This document shows, in pieces, positions 29,654 through 40,632 of a DNA stretch of 57,196 nucleotides. The stretch is from NCBI GenBank assembly GCA_944363915.1, contig CALVVR010000003.1, forward strand, positions 1-57,196. Direction: 5' to 3'. Source of the DNA: an uncultured Bacilli bacterium (lineage in GTDB: Bacteria; Bacillota_I; Bacilli_A; RF39; UBA660). Positions within the stretch are counted from its first letter, which is position 1, and every line of letters starts with the position of its first letter. The notes beneath the pieces are model-generated. The model was given only the letters and a program-made list of their open reading frames with translations, was not told the DNA's origin and made no database searches. The translations under genes and the position numbers were made by a program.

Positions 29654-31683
29654 TCTTTAATTTCCTCTTTATTATTTCGCATATCCAAAGTAGCTTCATT
29701 AATTGCATCATCGATTGTTTTTATTTCATCATTAATCATACTATAGCCTATTGCTGCACCAAATCCATGTTTCAATTCTTTTAATTCTTTTCCTAATTTA
29801 CGCATATAAGTAACAACTTGTTTTTCTTCATAACCAACTAAATAAATTAAAAATTCATTACCATTAGTTCGAATTATTTCACTATTCTCAAGTTGATTTA
29901 CAATTAAAATATTGGCAGCTTGTTTGATTACTTCATCACCTTCGGCATGGCCATAATTATCATTAATATAAGCAACATTATTTAAATCGACAATGATAAT
30001 TGTTTGTGGATAAACATTACTATTATCCCATTTTTCAATAGAAGCATTTAAATAATTACGATTTTTTAATACTGTTAATTCATCAATATATCTTAATTTA
30101 TCTTCCTTTGATAAATTTAAATGTTTTTTCTTTGGTTTTATTTTTATAATTGCCAAAATTATTAATAATATACCAACAACACTACCTAAAATAACCGCAA
30201 TATTTTTTAAAATAATTGGTGTTTTATTAATTAATAATAATTCACTTAGCCCAGTAGTAACAAATTCTTGAGTATTGTTAAAACTGATATAAAAATCTAA
30301 AAATTCATTAAATATTTTATTATCTTCAATATCACGAGAAATAAAAGAATAATTAGTATAATCAAACTGATAAGCAATAATATAATCTTTCAAAGTATTT
30401 GCATAATAATTATAACTATAAGCATCTAAAACGATTATATCATCTTCATTAATATTATTGATTAATTCTTTCATATTAGAATAAGTTTTGACGGCAATAT
30501 TATTATCTATAAAATATTGGGCGACTAAACTATTTTCTAGACAAGAAACTTCACTTAAAGATTTTATTGAATTAATAATAATATCATTAGAAGAATGTTT
30601 TAAAATCATCAAGTTATTTTCATAGACAGGAATAGTACTATAAACATCTAAAGCATATTCGGTTTTATTATTAATTCCATAAAATAAATCAATTTGATTA
30701 GAATTAAATGCATTTACTAAATCAGCAATACTATTATATTCACGATAGGATATTTCCGCATTAGTTAATTTTGAAAAACTAGATAATAATTGATGATTTA
30801 TTCCAACTAAACGATTATCTAATAAAGTATCAAATGGTGCATTATCAATAAAACCATAATTATATCTTTTACTTCTAAATTTAACTGACGCTTCATCGTT
30901 AATACTTTTAAAATTCAAATAATTGTTTGATAAATATTTATTATAAGCATCAATATAGTTCAAACTAGACCAACGATTATAATATTTTGTTAAAATAGTG
31001 TTCAAGCGTTCTGTACTACCTAACGATAAAACATAATATTTCTTATAATCACTAATATTAAAAGCTATTTTATAATTATTATCTATTAGTAGTTTTAAAT
31101 CAGTCGTTTTTAATAAAACAATAGCATCAAGTTCTGTCTCATTAGTATTGAATTCATTAATTAACTGATCATTTGTTTCAAACGTTTTATAACTAACATT
31201 AGCATTATGTAAATAATTATTAACGCTATTTAGATTTTCATTTAAAACACCAATTGTTAAATTTGCTAAATCATCAATACTTAAAAAAGTTTGATCTTTA
31301 GTTGCTAAAATATAATTATCCTCATAAATTAAAATTTGATTATCTTCTAAATTATCAACCAATTTGAATGCATATTCTGAATTTACTTCATCGCCTAATT
31401 TATATGGCACTTTATTAAAAGAAAGATTAGTTTCTTCATTTAAAGAATTTAAAAATTCAATAATAATACCTTCACCATTATAGCTTAATATGGGAATACT
31501 ATCGATAATTGACATATCAATAACATTATTTTTATTATTTTCAATCCATTGTTTTTCAAATAAATTTAAAGTTGTTACTTTATCTTCTTTCGTTAAAAAA
31601 TAATAAGTAAAGCAACCGATCAACAATAATGCAATGACGATAACAATACTAATAATTATTTTCTTATTCTTCATCATCATCAC
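29650..31683 (-). CDS. Membrane sensor with extracellular solute-binding-like domains and a degenerate GGDEF domain
   Basis: Two TM helices; DELTVLKNR, DLNNVAYINDNYGHAEGD; active-site motif reads NGNEF. Confidence 0.85.
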   Translation of the reverse strand: MMMMKNKKIIISIVIVIALLLIGCFTYYFLTKEDKVTTLNLFEKQWIENNKNNVIDMSIIDSIPILSYNGEGIIIEFLNSLNEETNLSFNKVPYKLGDEVNSEYAFKLVDNLEDNQILIYEDNYILATKDQTFLSIDDLANLTIGVLNENLNSVNNYLHNANVSYKTFETNDQLINEFNTNETELDAIVLLKTTDLKLLIDNNYKIAFNISDYKKYYVLSLGSTERLNTILTKYYNRWSSLNYIDAYNKYLSNNYLNFKSINDEASVKFRSKRYNYGFIDNAPFDTLLDNRLVGINHQLLSSFSKLTNAEISYREYNSIADLVNAFNSNQIDLFYGINNKTEYALDVYSTIPVYENNLMILKHSSNDIIINSIKSLSEVSCLENSLVAQYFIDNNIAVKTYSNMKELINNINEDDIIVLDAYSYNYYANTLKDYIIAYQFDYTNYSFISRDIEDNKIFNEFLDFYISFNNTQEFVTTGLSELLLINKTPIILKNIAVILGSVVGILLIILAIIKIKPKKKHLNLSKEDKLRYIDELTVLKNRNYLNASIEKWDNSNVYPQTIIIVDLNNVAYINDNYGHAEGDEVIKQAANILIVNQLENSEIIRTNGNEFLIYLVGYEEKQVVTYMRKLGKELKELKHGFGAAIGYSMINDEIKTIDDAINEATLDMRNNKEEIKD

Positions 31684-32140
31684 CTTCTATAACGTTATCA
31701 ACCCAACTAAATTCTGTCGCTTGTTTTGAATGATAACCAATTAATGGATAACTTGTATTTTCTTTACTTGGATCCATAAAGAAAATTTCGATATCATAAA
31801 AATCAATAACTTTTGTACTTAAATTATCTAAAATTATTTCAGACAATTGTTTAGCTTCATCTAATTCAGTATCAGATTTAACATCAACAAAAAATTTCAT
31901 TGTAGCTACTTTGGTCTCATAAGTTACTTCTATAGCTAAATCTGAATCAAGAATTTCCTTTTTAATTTTTTCAATGACAGCATTGTCAATCTCAGGAGCA
32001 TTTTCTAATCTGTCACCATAAACGCTTTTACTACTACTTGGATAAAACATCCTATAAATAGCAAAAAAGGCCAATATCAATAATATTAAGCATACAATAC
32101 CAACAATAAATGGGGCTTTGTGTTTTTTTATAAATTCCAT
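31664..32140 (-). CDS. Hypothetical membrane-anchored protein
   Basis: N-terminal TM helix; overlaps the GGDEF gene. Confidence 0.7.
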   Translation of the reverse strand: MEFIKKHKAPFIVGIVCLILLILAFFAIYRMFYPSSSKSVYGDRLENAPEIDNAVIEKIKKEILDSDLAIEVTYETKVATMKFFVDVKSDTELDEAKQLSEIILDNLSTKVIDFYDIEIFFMDPSKENTSYPLIGYHSKQATEFSWVDNVIEGDDDEE

Positions 32141-32413
32141 ATATTCACTCCTAACGTTAATATTATACTATAAATATTAATTTTAATCAATTCTTTATTA
32201 AATAGTATACTTAAAAAAAGAAATTTATAACCCAATAAAAACTTAATTCAAGATATTGATAGTTATTTATTTTCTTTGTCAAATTTATAATATTATTTTT
32301 TATAAATCGCATGTACTTTCGTTTAAAATGTTGGCTTCTTTACTTTATTGATAAAGTTAGAATTTTTATTTAATTAAAAAAAATGAAATTTCTTTCATTT
32401 TCATTTTTTTACT

Positions 32414-33808
32414 TTATAATTTTTTTAGTTCTTCAATTAACACTTGATTAGCTAATCCTGGATTAACTTGTCCTTTGCTTTCTTTCATAACTTGTCCCAT
32501 CAAATATTTAACTGCTCGATCTTTTCCTTCTTTAAAATCTTTAACTGAATCTGGATTAGCATTAATAACTTTAGTTACAATATCTAAAACTAAACTATTG
32601 TCACTAATTTGTTCCATCTTGTTTTCTTTAACTATATCTAAAACATCTTTACCAGTATCTAATAAAATATTGATTACTTCTTTACACTGTTTACTAGATA
32701 TTGTTTTCTTATCCAACAATTCAACTAACTTAATAAAATTATCTTTAGTTAGTTTACTTTCTTCTAACTTTATAAAATGCTTATTTAAATATGATAAAAT
32801 ATCGCCAGTCAACAAATTAGCTGCTATGTTAGGATTAACGTCATCAACAACAGTTTCAAAAAAATTACATATTTCTTTATTGGCAATAATTGTTTTAATA
32901 TTATTATTATTTATACCTAATTTAATATATTTATCTTTTAACTCATCAGTTAAAACAGGCATTTCTTTTTTTATTTGTTCTATCCATTCATCATCAATAT
33001 AAACATAAGGAATATCTGGTTCAGGAAAATAACGATAATCATTACCTGTTTCTTTATAACGCATTAAAATAGTTGTTTTAGTTTTATCGTCAAATCTTCT
33101 TGTTTGTTCAATGATAACTTCACCGTTAGCAAGTAATTCTTCTTGTCTTTGAATTTCATAATCAATAGCTACACCAACATTAGAAATGGAACCAATGTTT
33201 TTAACCTCAACTTTAGTTCCTAACTCGTCAGTATCACTAACAGATACATTGACATCACAACGCATACTTCCTTCTTCTATTTTAACGTCACTTATCCCTA
33301 AATATAGTAAAGTCTCTCTTAATTTTTCTAAATATTCAACTGCTTCTTTACCACTACTGATACAAGGCTTGGTAACAATTTCAAGTAGTGGTACCCCTGC
33401 TCTATTAAAATTAAGTAAAGTATCAGTTGTATGTAGACTTTTACAAGTATCCTCTTCAATATGCATTCTTTCTAAATATATTTTTTTATTTTCTATTTCA
33501 ACATAGCCATCATAGCCAATTGGTGTATCTTGTTGCGTAATTTGATAACCTTTTGGTAAGTCTGGATAAAAATAGTTTTTACGGTCAAAGTGCATTAATC
33601 GATTGATATTAAAATTTAAAGCTAAACATGCTTTTAAAGCATCATCGATAACGCCTTTATTTAATCTCGGTAAAACTCCAGGATAACCTAAATCGATAAC
33701 ATTAATATTAGTATTTTCTTCATCGTTAAAATTATTTTTACTTAAAGAGAACACTTTAGCCATACTCTTTAATTCGACATGAACTTCAATACCGATTGTT
33801 GGTTTCAT
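32414..33808 (-). CDS. gatB: Asp/Glu-tRNA amidotransferase subunit B
   Basis: IGIEVHVEL, FDRKNYFYPDLPKGYQITQ, YRYFPEPD. Confidence 0.98.
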   Translation of the reverse strand: MKPTIGIEVHVELKSMAKVFSLSKNNFNDEENTNINVIDLGYPGVLPRLNKGVIDDALKACLALNFNINRLMHFDRKNYFYPDLPKGYQITQQDTPIGYDGYVEIENKKIYLERMHIEEDTCKSLHTTDTLLNFNRAGVPLLEIVTKPCISSGKEAVEYLEKLRETLLYLGISDVKIEEGSMRCDVNVSVSDTDELGTKVEVKNIGSISNVGVAIDYEIQRQEELLANGEVIIEQTRRFDDKTKTTILMRYKETGNDYRYFPEPDIPYVYIDDEWIEQIKKEMPVLTDELKDKYIKLGINNNNIKTIIANKEICNFFETVVDDVNPNIAANLLTGDILSYLNKHFIKLEESKLTKDNFIKLVELLDKKTISSKQCKEVINILLDTGKDVLDIVKENKMEQISDNSLVLDIVTKVINANPDSVKDFKEGKDRAVKYLMGQVMKESKGQVNPGLANQVLIEELKKL

Positions 33809-35250
33809 TATTTTACCTCCTTTATATTTAAATCTAAGTTTAGTTCTTTTTCTATAAAACTAGCTAATTGATAAATTTTATCTTCTTCAAAATAGTTACC
33901 GATAATGTGCATCCCAATTGGTAATTTATTTTTAAAACCGACTGGTAAACTTAAAGCGGGAAGTCCTGCCATGTTAACTGGAATAGTTAATAAATCATCA
34001 TAAAAACTTTTTAAAGCATCATCTTGTTTAGTACCTAATTTATAAGCCACATCTGTATTAGTTGGGCCAATAATTAAATCATATTTAGCTAAACATTCTT
34101 TAAAACTATCAGTCATCGCTTTTCTTACTTTTAAAGCTTTATAATAATAAATATTAGCATTTTCACCACTTAAAATATAAGAGCCAATCATGATTCTCCT
34201 TTTTACTTCATTACCAAATCCTTCGGTTCTCGTGTTTTTATATAACTCGTCAATATTTTTAAAATTATCAACTTTTAATCCATATCTTACACCATCATAA
34301 CGAGCTAAATTACTGCTAGCTTCACCTAATGCTATAACTTGATACAATGGAATAGCATATTCTAAATAATCAATATCAATATAATCAATTTGACAACCTT
34401 TTTCTTTCAATAAATCAATAACATTTAAAACAGCTTGTCTTACAGTTTTATCAATCGTATCACTCATATAATAATTAGGAACAGCTATTTTTAAATTAGA
34501 AATATCTTGTCCAATTAAAGATGTATAATCTTTAACTTGCTCTTTAGAAGAAGTTAAATCATTTTTATCATAACCACTAATAACATTTAATAATAAAGCA
34601 TTTTCATAAACATTACGTGTAATTGGTCCAACTTGATCCAAACTTGAGGCAAAAGCAATAATTCCATATCTTGATACTCTTCCATAAGTAGGTTTAAGAC
34701 CAACTAAGCCACAAAAACTAGAAGGTTGTCTAATTGAACCACCAGTATCCGTTCCTAAAGATAAGGGAGTAATTCTTGCTGCTACACAAGATGCTGATCC
34801 TGAAGAAGAACCGCCAGGAACTAAAGACTTATCCCAAGGATTTAAAGTATTACCAAAATAACTAGTTTCGCCAGTTGAACCCATCGCAAATTCGTCCATA
34901 TTAGTTTTACCAATAATGATCATGTTTTTTTCTTTAATTTTACTGATAACTGTTGCATCATAAACCGGAATAAAATCATCTAAAATATGACTTGCAGCTG
35001 TTGTTTTTAAGCTTTTAGTAATAATATTATCTTTGATTGCAATTGGTATTCCAAACAAAATATTATCCACTTCTTTTTTTTCCAATTCTAATGCTTGTTT
35101 AATTGCTTCTTCTTTATTTAAAGTTATGAAACAGTTTAAATCAGTTTCTTCGATTCTTTTAAAAGCTTCATTAACTAAATCAATCGGTTTAATTTCTTTA
35201 GTTTTTAATTTTTCATTTATTGTTTTTATGTCTAAATCTAAATATCTCAT
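33808..35250 (-). CDS. gatA: Asp/Glu-tRNA amidotransferase subunit A
   Basis: GKTNMDEFAMGS, PGGSSSGS, GTDTGGSIRQP. Confidence 0.98.
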   Translation of the reverse strand: MRYLDLDIKTINEKLKTKEIKPIDLVNEAFKRIEETDLNCFITLNKEEAIKQALELEKKEVDNILFGIPIAIKDNIITKSLKTTAASHILDDFIPVYDATVISKIKEKNMIIIGKTNMDEFAMGSTGETSYFGNTLNPWDKSLVPGGSSSGSASCVAARITPLSLGTDTGGSIRQPSSFCGLVGLKPTYGRVSRYGIIAFASSLDQVGPITRNVYENALLLNVISGYDKNDLTSSKEQVKDYTSLIGQDISNLKIAVPNYYMSDTIDKTVRQAVLNVIDLLKEKGCQIDYIDIDYLEYAIPLYQVIALGEASSNLARYDGVRYGLKVDNFKNIDELYKNTRTEGFGNEVKRRIMIGSYILSGENANIYYYKALKVRKAMTDSFKECLAKYDLIIGPTNTDVAYKLGTKQDDALKSFYDDLLTIPVNMAGLPALSLPVGFKNKLPIGMHIIGNYFEEDKIYQLASFIEKELNLDLNIKEVK

Positions 35251-35531
35251 TCTATCACCTTCGGAACTATAATATAATCACCTTTAACTCTTTTTGCATT
35301 TTTAAACATATCTTCTTTAGATAAGTGTTGTTCTGGTATATCTTCATCAAAGATGTTTTGATTAGTAGTTGGACTAATCATTATTTCTTCTTCTTCAATA
35401 TCAACTTTTAAAATTTTATCAATTTCACTTAAAATATCCGTTAATTGAATTTGATATTTAGCCATTTCTTCATCTTTAATATTTAATTTAGCTAAATCAG
35501 CAATATGTTTTACTTTTTCTTCTTTAATCAT
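35247..35531 (-). CDS. gatC: Asp/Glu-tRNA amidotransferase subunit C
   Basis: VKHIADLAKL...IVPKVIE; first gene of gatCAB. Confidence 0.93.
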   Translation of the reverse strand: MIKEEKVKHIADLAKLNIKDEEMAKYQIQLTDILSEIDKILKVDIEEEEIMISPTTNQNIFDEDIPEQHLSKEDMFKNAKRVKGDYIIVPKVIE

Positions 35532-35533
35532 TT

Positions 35534-36514
35534 TTATTCCTCCAATATATATGTATTTATCTTAGTTTCACCACTATTTTTACTTAAAAAAGCTTTTGTT
35601 GTATTATTACTTTTAAAATAAACTTTTATATCAACATTATTATCAAAAACACCAAAATTATTAGTAATGATATTGATTATGTTTAATATTTCTGATCTTT
35701 TAAAATAACTTTTATTAACAGTAATTTTAATTTCATTTAATGTTTTATCTTGATACAGTCCATAAGCATTAAGATAAACATTATAATCACTTAAACTATT
35801 TTTTATTGCAATAAAATTATTATAAGTTTTATTATCATTAATCATAACATAATTACTTTCTAATAGTTGATAATTATAATTAACATTTTCTAATTTTATT
35901 GTATCATTATCAGTACTACCTAAATATTTAAAACTACCTTTTAAATCATCTTCTAAATAAATGCCTAAAACTATATTAATATTTTCTAATCCATCTTTAC
36001 TACGCATATAACTAATTAAATCATTAGCTTTTGCCAAAGCATAGTCTAATACTATTTCTTCATTAACTACTTTGTATTTATTATTTTCGTAATATTGTTT
36101 ATTATCTACAACAATAGCTAAAGATATTCCTTTTAAAACATTATTAGTAGCTAAATAATTTTGTTCGTAAATTGTTGTAATATAAGAAGGCGTAAATTCA
36201 ACATTATCAATTTCAATTTTATCAGTATTGTTATATTCGGTCACTAAATTCTTAATTTCATCGGTTGTTAAAAATTGTCCTTCTTGATATAAAGAATTAT
36301 TTGTTTTAAAAAATTCAGTTGATAATTTTGAAAGCATTGATTCTACTTCTTCTTTATCATAATCTCTAATATTATAGCTGCCAATATTTTCTTTATAAGG
36401 AACCGCTACTTGATAATAAGAATTATCATAGCTAATTTTAATTGTATCTTCTTTATTTTCACAGCCAACTAAAAGTAGTAATAATAGTAATAATATTAAT
36501 AATATTTTCTTCAT
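35534..36514 (-). CDS. CamS-family lipoprotein
   Basis: Lipobox LVGC; YQEGQFL and IYEQNY motifs; located upstream of gatC. Confidence 0.8.
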   Translation of the reverse strand: MKKILLILLLLLLLLVGCENKEDTIKISYDNSYYQVAVPYKENIGSYNIRDYDKEEVESMLSKLSTEFFKTNNSLYQEGQFLTTDEIKNLVTEYNNTDKIEIDNVEFTPSYITTIYEQNYLATNNVLKGISLAIVVDNKQYYENNKYKVVNEEIVLDYALAKANDLISYMRSKDGLENINIVLGIYLEDDLKGSFKYLGSTDNDTIKLENVNYNYQLLESNYVMINDNKTYNNFIAIKNSLSDYNVYLNAYGLYQDKTLNEIKITVNKSYFKRSEILNIINIITNNFGVFDNNVDIKVYFKSNNTTKAFLSKNSGETKINTYILEE

Positions 36515-36897
36515 ACGACATCACTATTTAATTATATCATAATCTAGTAAAATTTATGGTAATAATGTCATTATTTTAAAGAAAAAACTATCAATTTGAT
36601 AGTCAAATATAAGATATTTAATTTTCTATTATCATTAACATGATTCTGCTCAATAAATTAAAATCAAAATTATGATTAGCTTTTATTTTTAAAAATATGG
36701 GCAACTAATAACTGCTAAAGCAGTTTGATTACCTTTAAAATTATTTCTAGAGTGCTTTAGCGTACCATTGACACCAATACTTTAGTATCATTTAACTCAA
36801 TGTTTTTGATAGTTACTTTTAACTTTTTTTAGTTCTTCACTTATATTAAGTTAAAATATTAATAGCACAAATAAATAATTGAAACAACTTATTTTTA

Positions 36898-37656
36898 TTA
36901 ATTTTCAATAAATTTATTTATTTCCTCAATACTAAATCCTCTATTATATAATTTGGATTTTATCATTCTTTCTAGATCTTTATTTTGATATTTATTACTT
37001 AATTTTTTATATAATTTGTCATATTCTTTTTTTATATTTTCGGTATTATCAACACTAATATTGTCATAAATTTCTAGAATATCATCTTTATCATATCCTA
37101 AATTGATTAATTCATTAACTATTTTAAACTTTAGCTTATAACCTGTATATTTTGAATTTTTAATTTTTTTAGCAATTAATTTTTTTAATTTTTCTTTTAT
37201 TAAATTATTGTCAACTTTAGCTAATTCTGAATCAATAATTTCAACCGAAATATTATGCATTAATAAATCATTTCTTATTTTATCTAAGCCAATATTAGAT
37301 AAATTTATTTTATCAGCAATATAAGCTTTCGCAAAATTTAAATCATTTATCAAGTTATTTTCTTTCAATTTTTTTACTAATTTTTCTTTATCTTTATTAG
37401 TTACTTTATTCTTATCAATATATTCATTTATTTCTTTTTCACTTCTTAATCTTTTCGTTATATAATTTACAGTCTTATAGTAAATTTCATAATAGTTATT
37501 ATCATTATTTATTTTATTTAATAAGTCACTATCAATAGTTTTGTGATAAAGTAAACCATAATTTAAGATAACATCATCATATGTTTTTATCTCACTACCA
37601 TTACTTAATAATATTTTGTATTTTTTTCCTATTTTTTTTATTTTTTCTATTTTCAT
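36898..37656 (-). CDS. recX: Recombination regulator RecX
   Basis: RLRSEKEI, NLINDLNFAKAY, KLYNRGFS. Confidence 0.88.
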   Translation of the reverse strand: MKIEKIKKIGKKYKILLSNGSEIKTYDDVILNYGLLYHKTIDSDLLNKINNDNNYYEIYYKTVNYITKRLRSEKEINEYIDKNKVTNKDKEKLVKKLKENNLINDLNFAKAYIADKINLSNIGLDKIRNDLLMHNISVEIIDSELAKVDNNLIKEKLKKLIAKKIKNSKYTGYKLKFKIVNELINLGYDKDDILEIYDNISVDNTENIKKEYDKLYKKLSNKYQNKDLERMIKSKLYNRGFSIEEINKFIEN

Positions 37657-37687
37657 AATAAAACCTTTCTAATCCTCAACTATCAAA

Positions 37688-37717
37688 AGTTTACCACCAT
37701 AAACATTTGTTTGTCAA
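37688..37717 (-). promoter_or_regulatory. recX promoter with a LexA-like box
   Basis: TTGACA (37717-37712), TGnTAAACT (37693-37688); AAAC-ATTT-GTTT at 37701-37712. Confidence 0.6.
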
Positions 37718-37749
37718 GAAGAAAATAAAAAAAGATATATTTCTATATC

Positions 37750-38307
37750 TTAAGCTCTTGAATCATATTTACCAGTAGCTGTTGAAATGATTACAACATC
37801 ATCGGTATCAACAAACAAAGGAACTCTTACTACTAAACCGGTTTCTAAAGTAGCATCTTTAGTGGCATTATTAGTTGTATTTCCTTTTACTGCTGGTTCA
37901 GTATGAGTAACCTTTAATTCAACTTTATCAGGTAACATTACACCTAATAACTCTCCTTGATAAAAACTCAAGTCAACATTTAATCCTTCTTTTAAATAAT
38001 TAACTTCATCACCCAATTGATCTTTAGTTAATTCTATTTGTTCATAAGATTCCATATTCATAAAATTATAACTATCACCTGATGAATATAAGAATTGCAT
38101 TGGCTTTTTCTCAATCATTGCTTTTTCTAATTTAGTACCACTATTAAATGATTTTTCAGTAGTAGAACCACTTCTTAAATTTCTAATTTTCATTTTAACA
38201 AAAGCAGCACCTTTACCTGGTTTTACATGAGAAAATTCTAATACTTGATAAATATCACCATCTAAAACAAAAGTAATACCATTTTTTATATCATTAACAT
38301 TAATCAT
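37750..38307 (-). CDS. efp: Elongation factor P
   Basis: HVKPGKGAAFV, ATLETGLVVRVPLFV. Confidence 0.98.
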   Translation of the reverse strand: MINVNDIKNGITFVLDGDIYQVLEFSHVKPGKGAAFVKMKIRNLRSGSTTEKSFNSGTKLEKAMIEKKPMQFLYSSGDSYNFMNMESYEQIELTKDQLGDEVNYLKEGLNVDLSFYQGELLGVMLPDKVELKVTHTEPAVKGNTTNNATKDATLETGLVVRVPLFVDTDDVVIISTATGKYDSRA

Positions 38308-38352
38308 AATTTCCCCCCTTTACTATATTAAGATTTAACATTTTTATTCACC

Positions 38353-38520
38353 TTATTTTTTTTCTTTATGAGTTGTTGTCTTTTTACAAGTTGGACAATG
38401 TTTTTTTAATTCTAGACGATCAGTTGTATTACGTTTATTTTTTTCAGTACGATAATTTTCATTTTTACATTCTGTACATTGAAGAGTTATTCTTTCTCTT
38501 GCTTCACCTTTTTTAGCCAT
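38353..38520 (-). CDS. rpmG: 50S ribosomal protein L33, zinc-binding type (not in ORF track)
   Basis: [55 protein letters not shown]; RBS AAGGAGG. Confidence 0.96.
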   Translation of the reverse strand: MAKKGEARERITLQCTECKNENYRTEKNKRNTTDRLELKKHCPTCKKTTTHKEKK

Positions 38521-38562
38521 TTTAATCCCTCCTTCTTAAAACACTTATATAATTATACCAAA

Positions 38563-40632
38563 TTATTTATATATTTCAAAGTATTTTTGTGAAATTCGAT
38601 TAGAAATTATGCGATTGATTGGTGCCCGAGAAGTTGATGTGTCGTGATAATAGATATCAGGAGAAACAATTACAAACGAAACTTCAGGATTATCATATGG
38701 TGCATATGCGCCAAAAGTATTACTCATAGTCTCAGTATCTACAATACCATCACCATCAGTATCGATAAAACTTTCACTAGTTCCTGTTTTAGCAGCAGGG
38801 TTATATTTGCTATTAACATAATTAGCTGCTATCCCACTAACTACACCTTCTCTAAAGCCTAATTTAATACGATCTAAATATTTATCTTCTAAAGTTATTT
38901 TATTTAAAATAGTAGGTTTAACTTCATATAACAAATCAGTTAGCCCATCTTTAGTTGGATTATAAACAGCTTTCAACAAATGAGGTTTTATCCTATAACC
39001 ACCATTAGCAATCGTATTAATATATTGACTCAATTGAATTGGTGTATATGTATCAAATTGACCAATTGAAAAATCTAGCAAATGTCCCGCTAAAGTACTA
39101 TCACTAGTATAGCCTAAACTCTCAACTGGTAAATCGATGCCTGTTTTAACGCCTAATCCAAATTCTTTAAAAGTATTTCGATAGATATCAAACGCTTCAG
39201 GATTAATATTCAATTCTTCATTATAACGGTATACACCACCACCAACTTTAATAGCGGTATGAAATTGAAAAACATTTGAAGAATATTTTAAAGCACCAAT
39301 ATCATCAACAATACCTAAGGTTGTCCATGAACACTTTAAAGGTGTATTAGCAATTTTAATACAACTATCATCTCTTCTTTCACCGATTTTTAAAGCACCA
39401 GTCTTATAACCAACCGCATGAGATGCTCCTTTGACAATAGATCCTGCTGTAACGGGGGTGGTGACAATACCAGGTGTATAATCATATACTTTATATTCAC
39501 CATCTTTTTCAACAACTTGTTTTCCAGCCATAGCTAAAATTTCACCAGTATTAGGATCACTAATAATTGCAAAAGAACGATTATAATATTTTGTATTAGG
39601 ATAACTCTTACCATTGACAACTTCTTCAGTTAATACTTCTTCAATAGCTTTTTGTAATTCAATATCAATTGTTAAAACGATATCTTTTCCACGACTTCCT
39701 TCATCAATAATCTTTCTTGTTCCATCATCTAGTATTTGATAGACTGTTTTCTCACCTTTTAAAAGTGATTCATATTGATATTCTAAATAACTAGTACCAA
39801 CGCGATCATTTAATTCATATCCTAAATCTAAATAATAATCTTTTAGTTCATAAGGAATCCCACTTTCGCTTGTTGAAACGGTTCCTAAAATAGTTCTAAA
39901 AACATCACCATAAGGATAAACTCTTTCCCAATCTAATCGAACATCAAAACCTTTAATATTATTAACGTTTTCAGCAATCAAAGCATATTCTTTATCAGTT
40001 ACATTTTCTTTTTTAATTACTTTTTCATCAAAACTATAACCAATATTCATTAAATAATAAATATAAGCGGCCAAATGATCATTCTCATCAAAACTAGCTA
40101 GCTCTTCTTCCGTTACTCTTTCTATTTTTAAATTATCGATATCATCACTGGTTAGTTTTCTTTCGTCTAATAATTGCCATTCTTCTTCAGTTATTTTTTC
40201 TTTAGCTAATTCAGCGTTGTTTAAAACCCAAAATTTTCTTAATTCTTCTTCATCTAATTTTTTATAATCTAAACTAATCATTTCTGCCACTTTATAAGCA
40301 GTTGCAATCTCCTCTTTAATCGTTACTCCACTAGGCTTTTTATAATAAATAACTTTAACAGCTTTATTATCCACAATAATTTTACCATTTCGGTCATAAA
40401 TTCTACCTCGTGGTGTACTGGAAGAAGTGACAATGTTCTGACTTAATTGTTCAACCTTATTAACATAAAAATCATGATTAATAATTTGGACAACAAATAA
40501 ATTCACACCTAATACAATCATTATTACTAAAATTAATCCAATTAAAATATAATATCTTTTTTCAACTATTTCTTTTATATCCTTATTTTTATTAATATTT
40601 ATATTATATATTCTTTTGTATTTCTTTTTCAT
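38563..40632 (-). CDS. Class B penicillin-binding protein (PbpA/PBP2a-like)
   Basis: PRGRIYDRNG, SxxK (SIVK), SSN, KTG; sod-pbp-rpmG synteny. Confidence 0.93.
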   Translation of the reverse strand: MKKKYKRIYNININKNKDIKEIVEKRYYILIGLILVIMIVLGVNLFVVQIINHDFYVNKVEQLSQNIVTSSSTPRGRIYDRNGKIIVDNKAVKVIYYKKPSGVTIKEEIATAYKVAEMISLDYKKLDEEELRKFWVLNNAELAKEKITEEEWQLLDERKLTSDDIDNLKIERVTEEELASFDENDHLAAYIYYLMNIGYSFDEKVIKKENVTDKEYALIAENVNNIKGFDVRLDWERVYPYGDVFRTILGTVSTSESGIPYELKDYYLDLGYELNDRVGTSYLEYQYESLLKGEKTVYQILDDGTRKIIDEGSRGKDIVLTIDIELQKAIEEVLTEEVVNGKSYPNTKYYNRSFAIISDPNTGEILAMAGKQVVEKDGEYKVYDYTPGIVTTPVTAGSIVKGASHAVGYKTGALKIGERRDDSCIKIANTPLKCSWTTLGIVDDIGALKYSSNVFQFHTAIKVGGGVYRYNEELNINPEAFDIYRNTFKEFGLGVKTGIDLPVESLGYTSDSTLAGHLLDFSIGQFDTYTPIQLSQYINTIANGGYRIKPHLLKAVYNPTKDGLTDLLYEVKPTILNKITLEDKYLDRIKLGFREGVVSGIAANYVNSKYNPAAKTGTSESFIDTDGDGIVDTETMSNTFGAYAPYDNPEVSFVIVSPDIYYHDTSTSRAPINRIISNRISQKYFEIYK

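Noticed and set aside
36461-36514. cAM373-like pheromone in the CamS signal peptide, or a poly-Leu repeat as a contingency locus
   Set aside because: The sequence (LLLLLVG) does not resemble known pheromones, and the Leu codons are mixed TTA/CTA/CTT rather than a pure repeat.
36714-36761. 9-bp inverted repeat GCTAAAGCA/TGCTTTAGC in the camS-recX intergenic region
   Set aside because: A 30-nt spacer, no second copy and no clear promoter or terminator context; insufficient to call.
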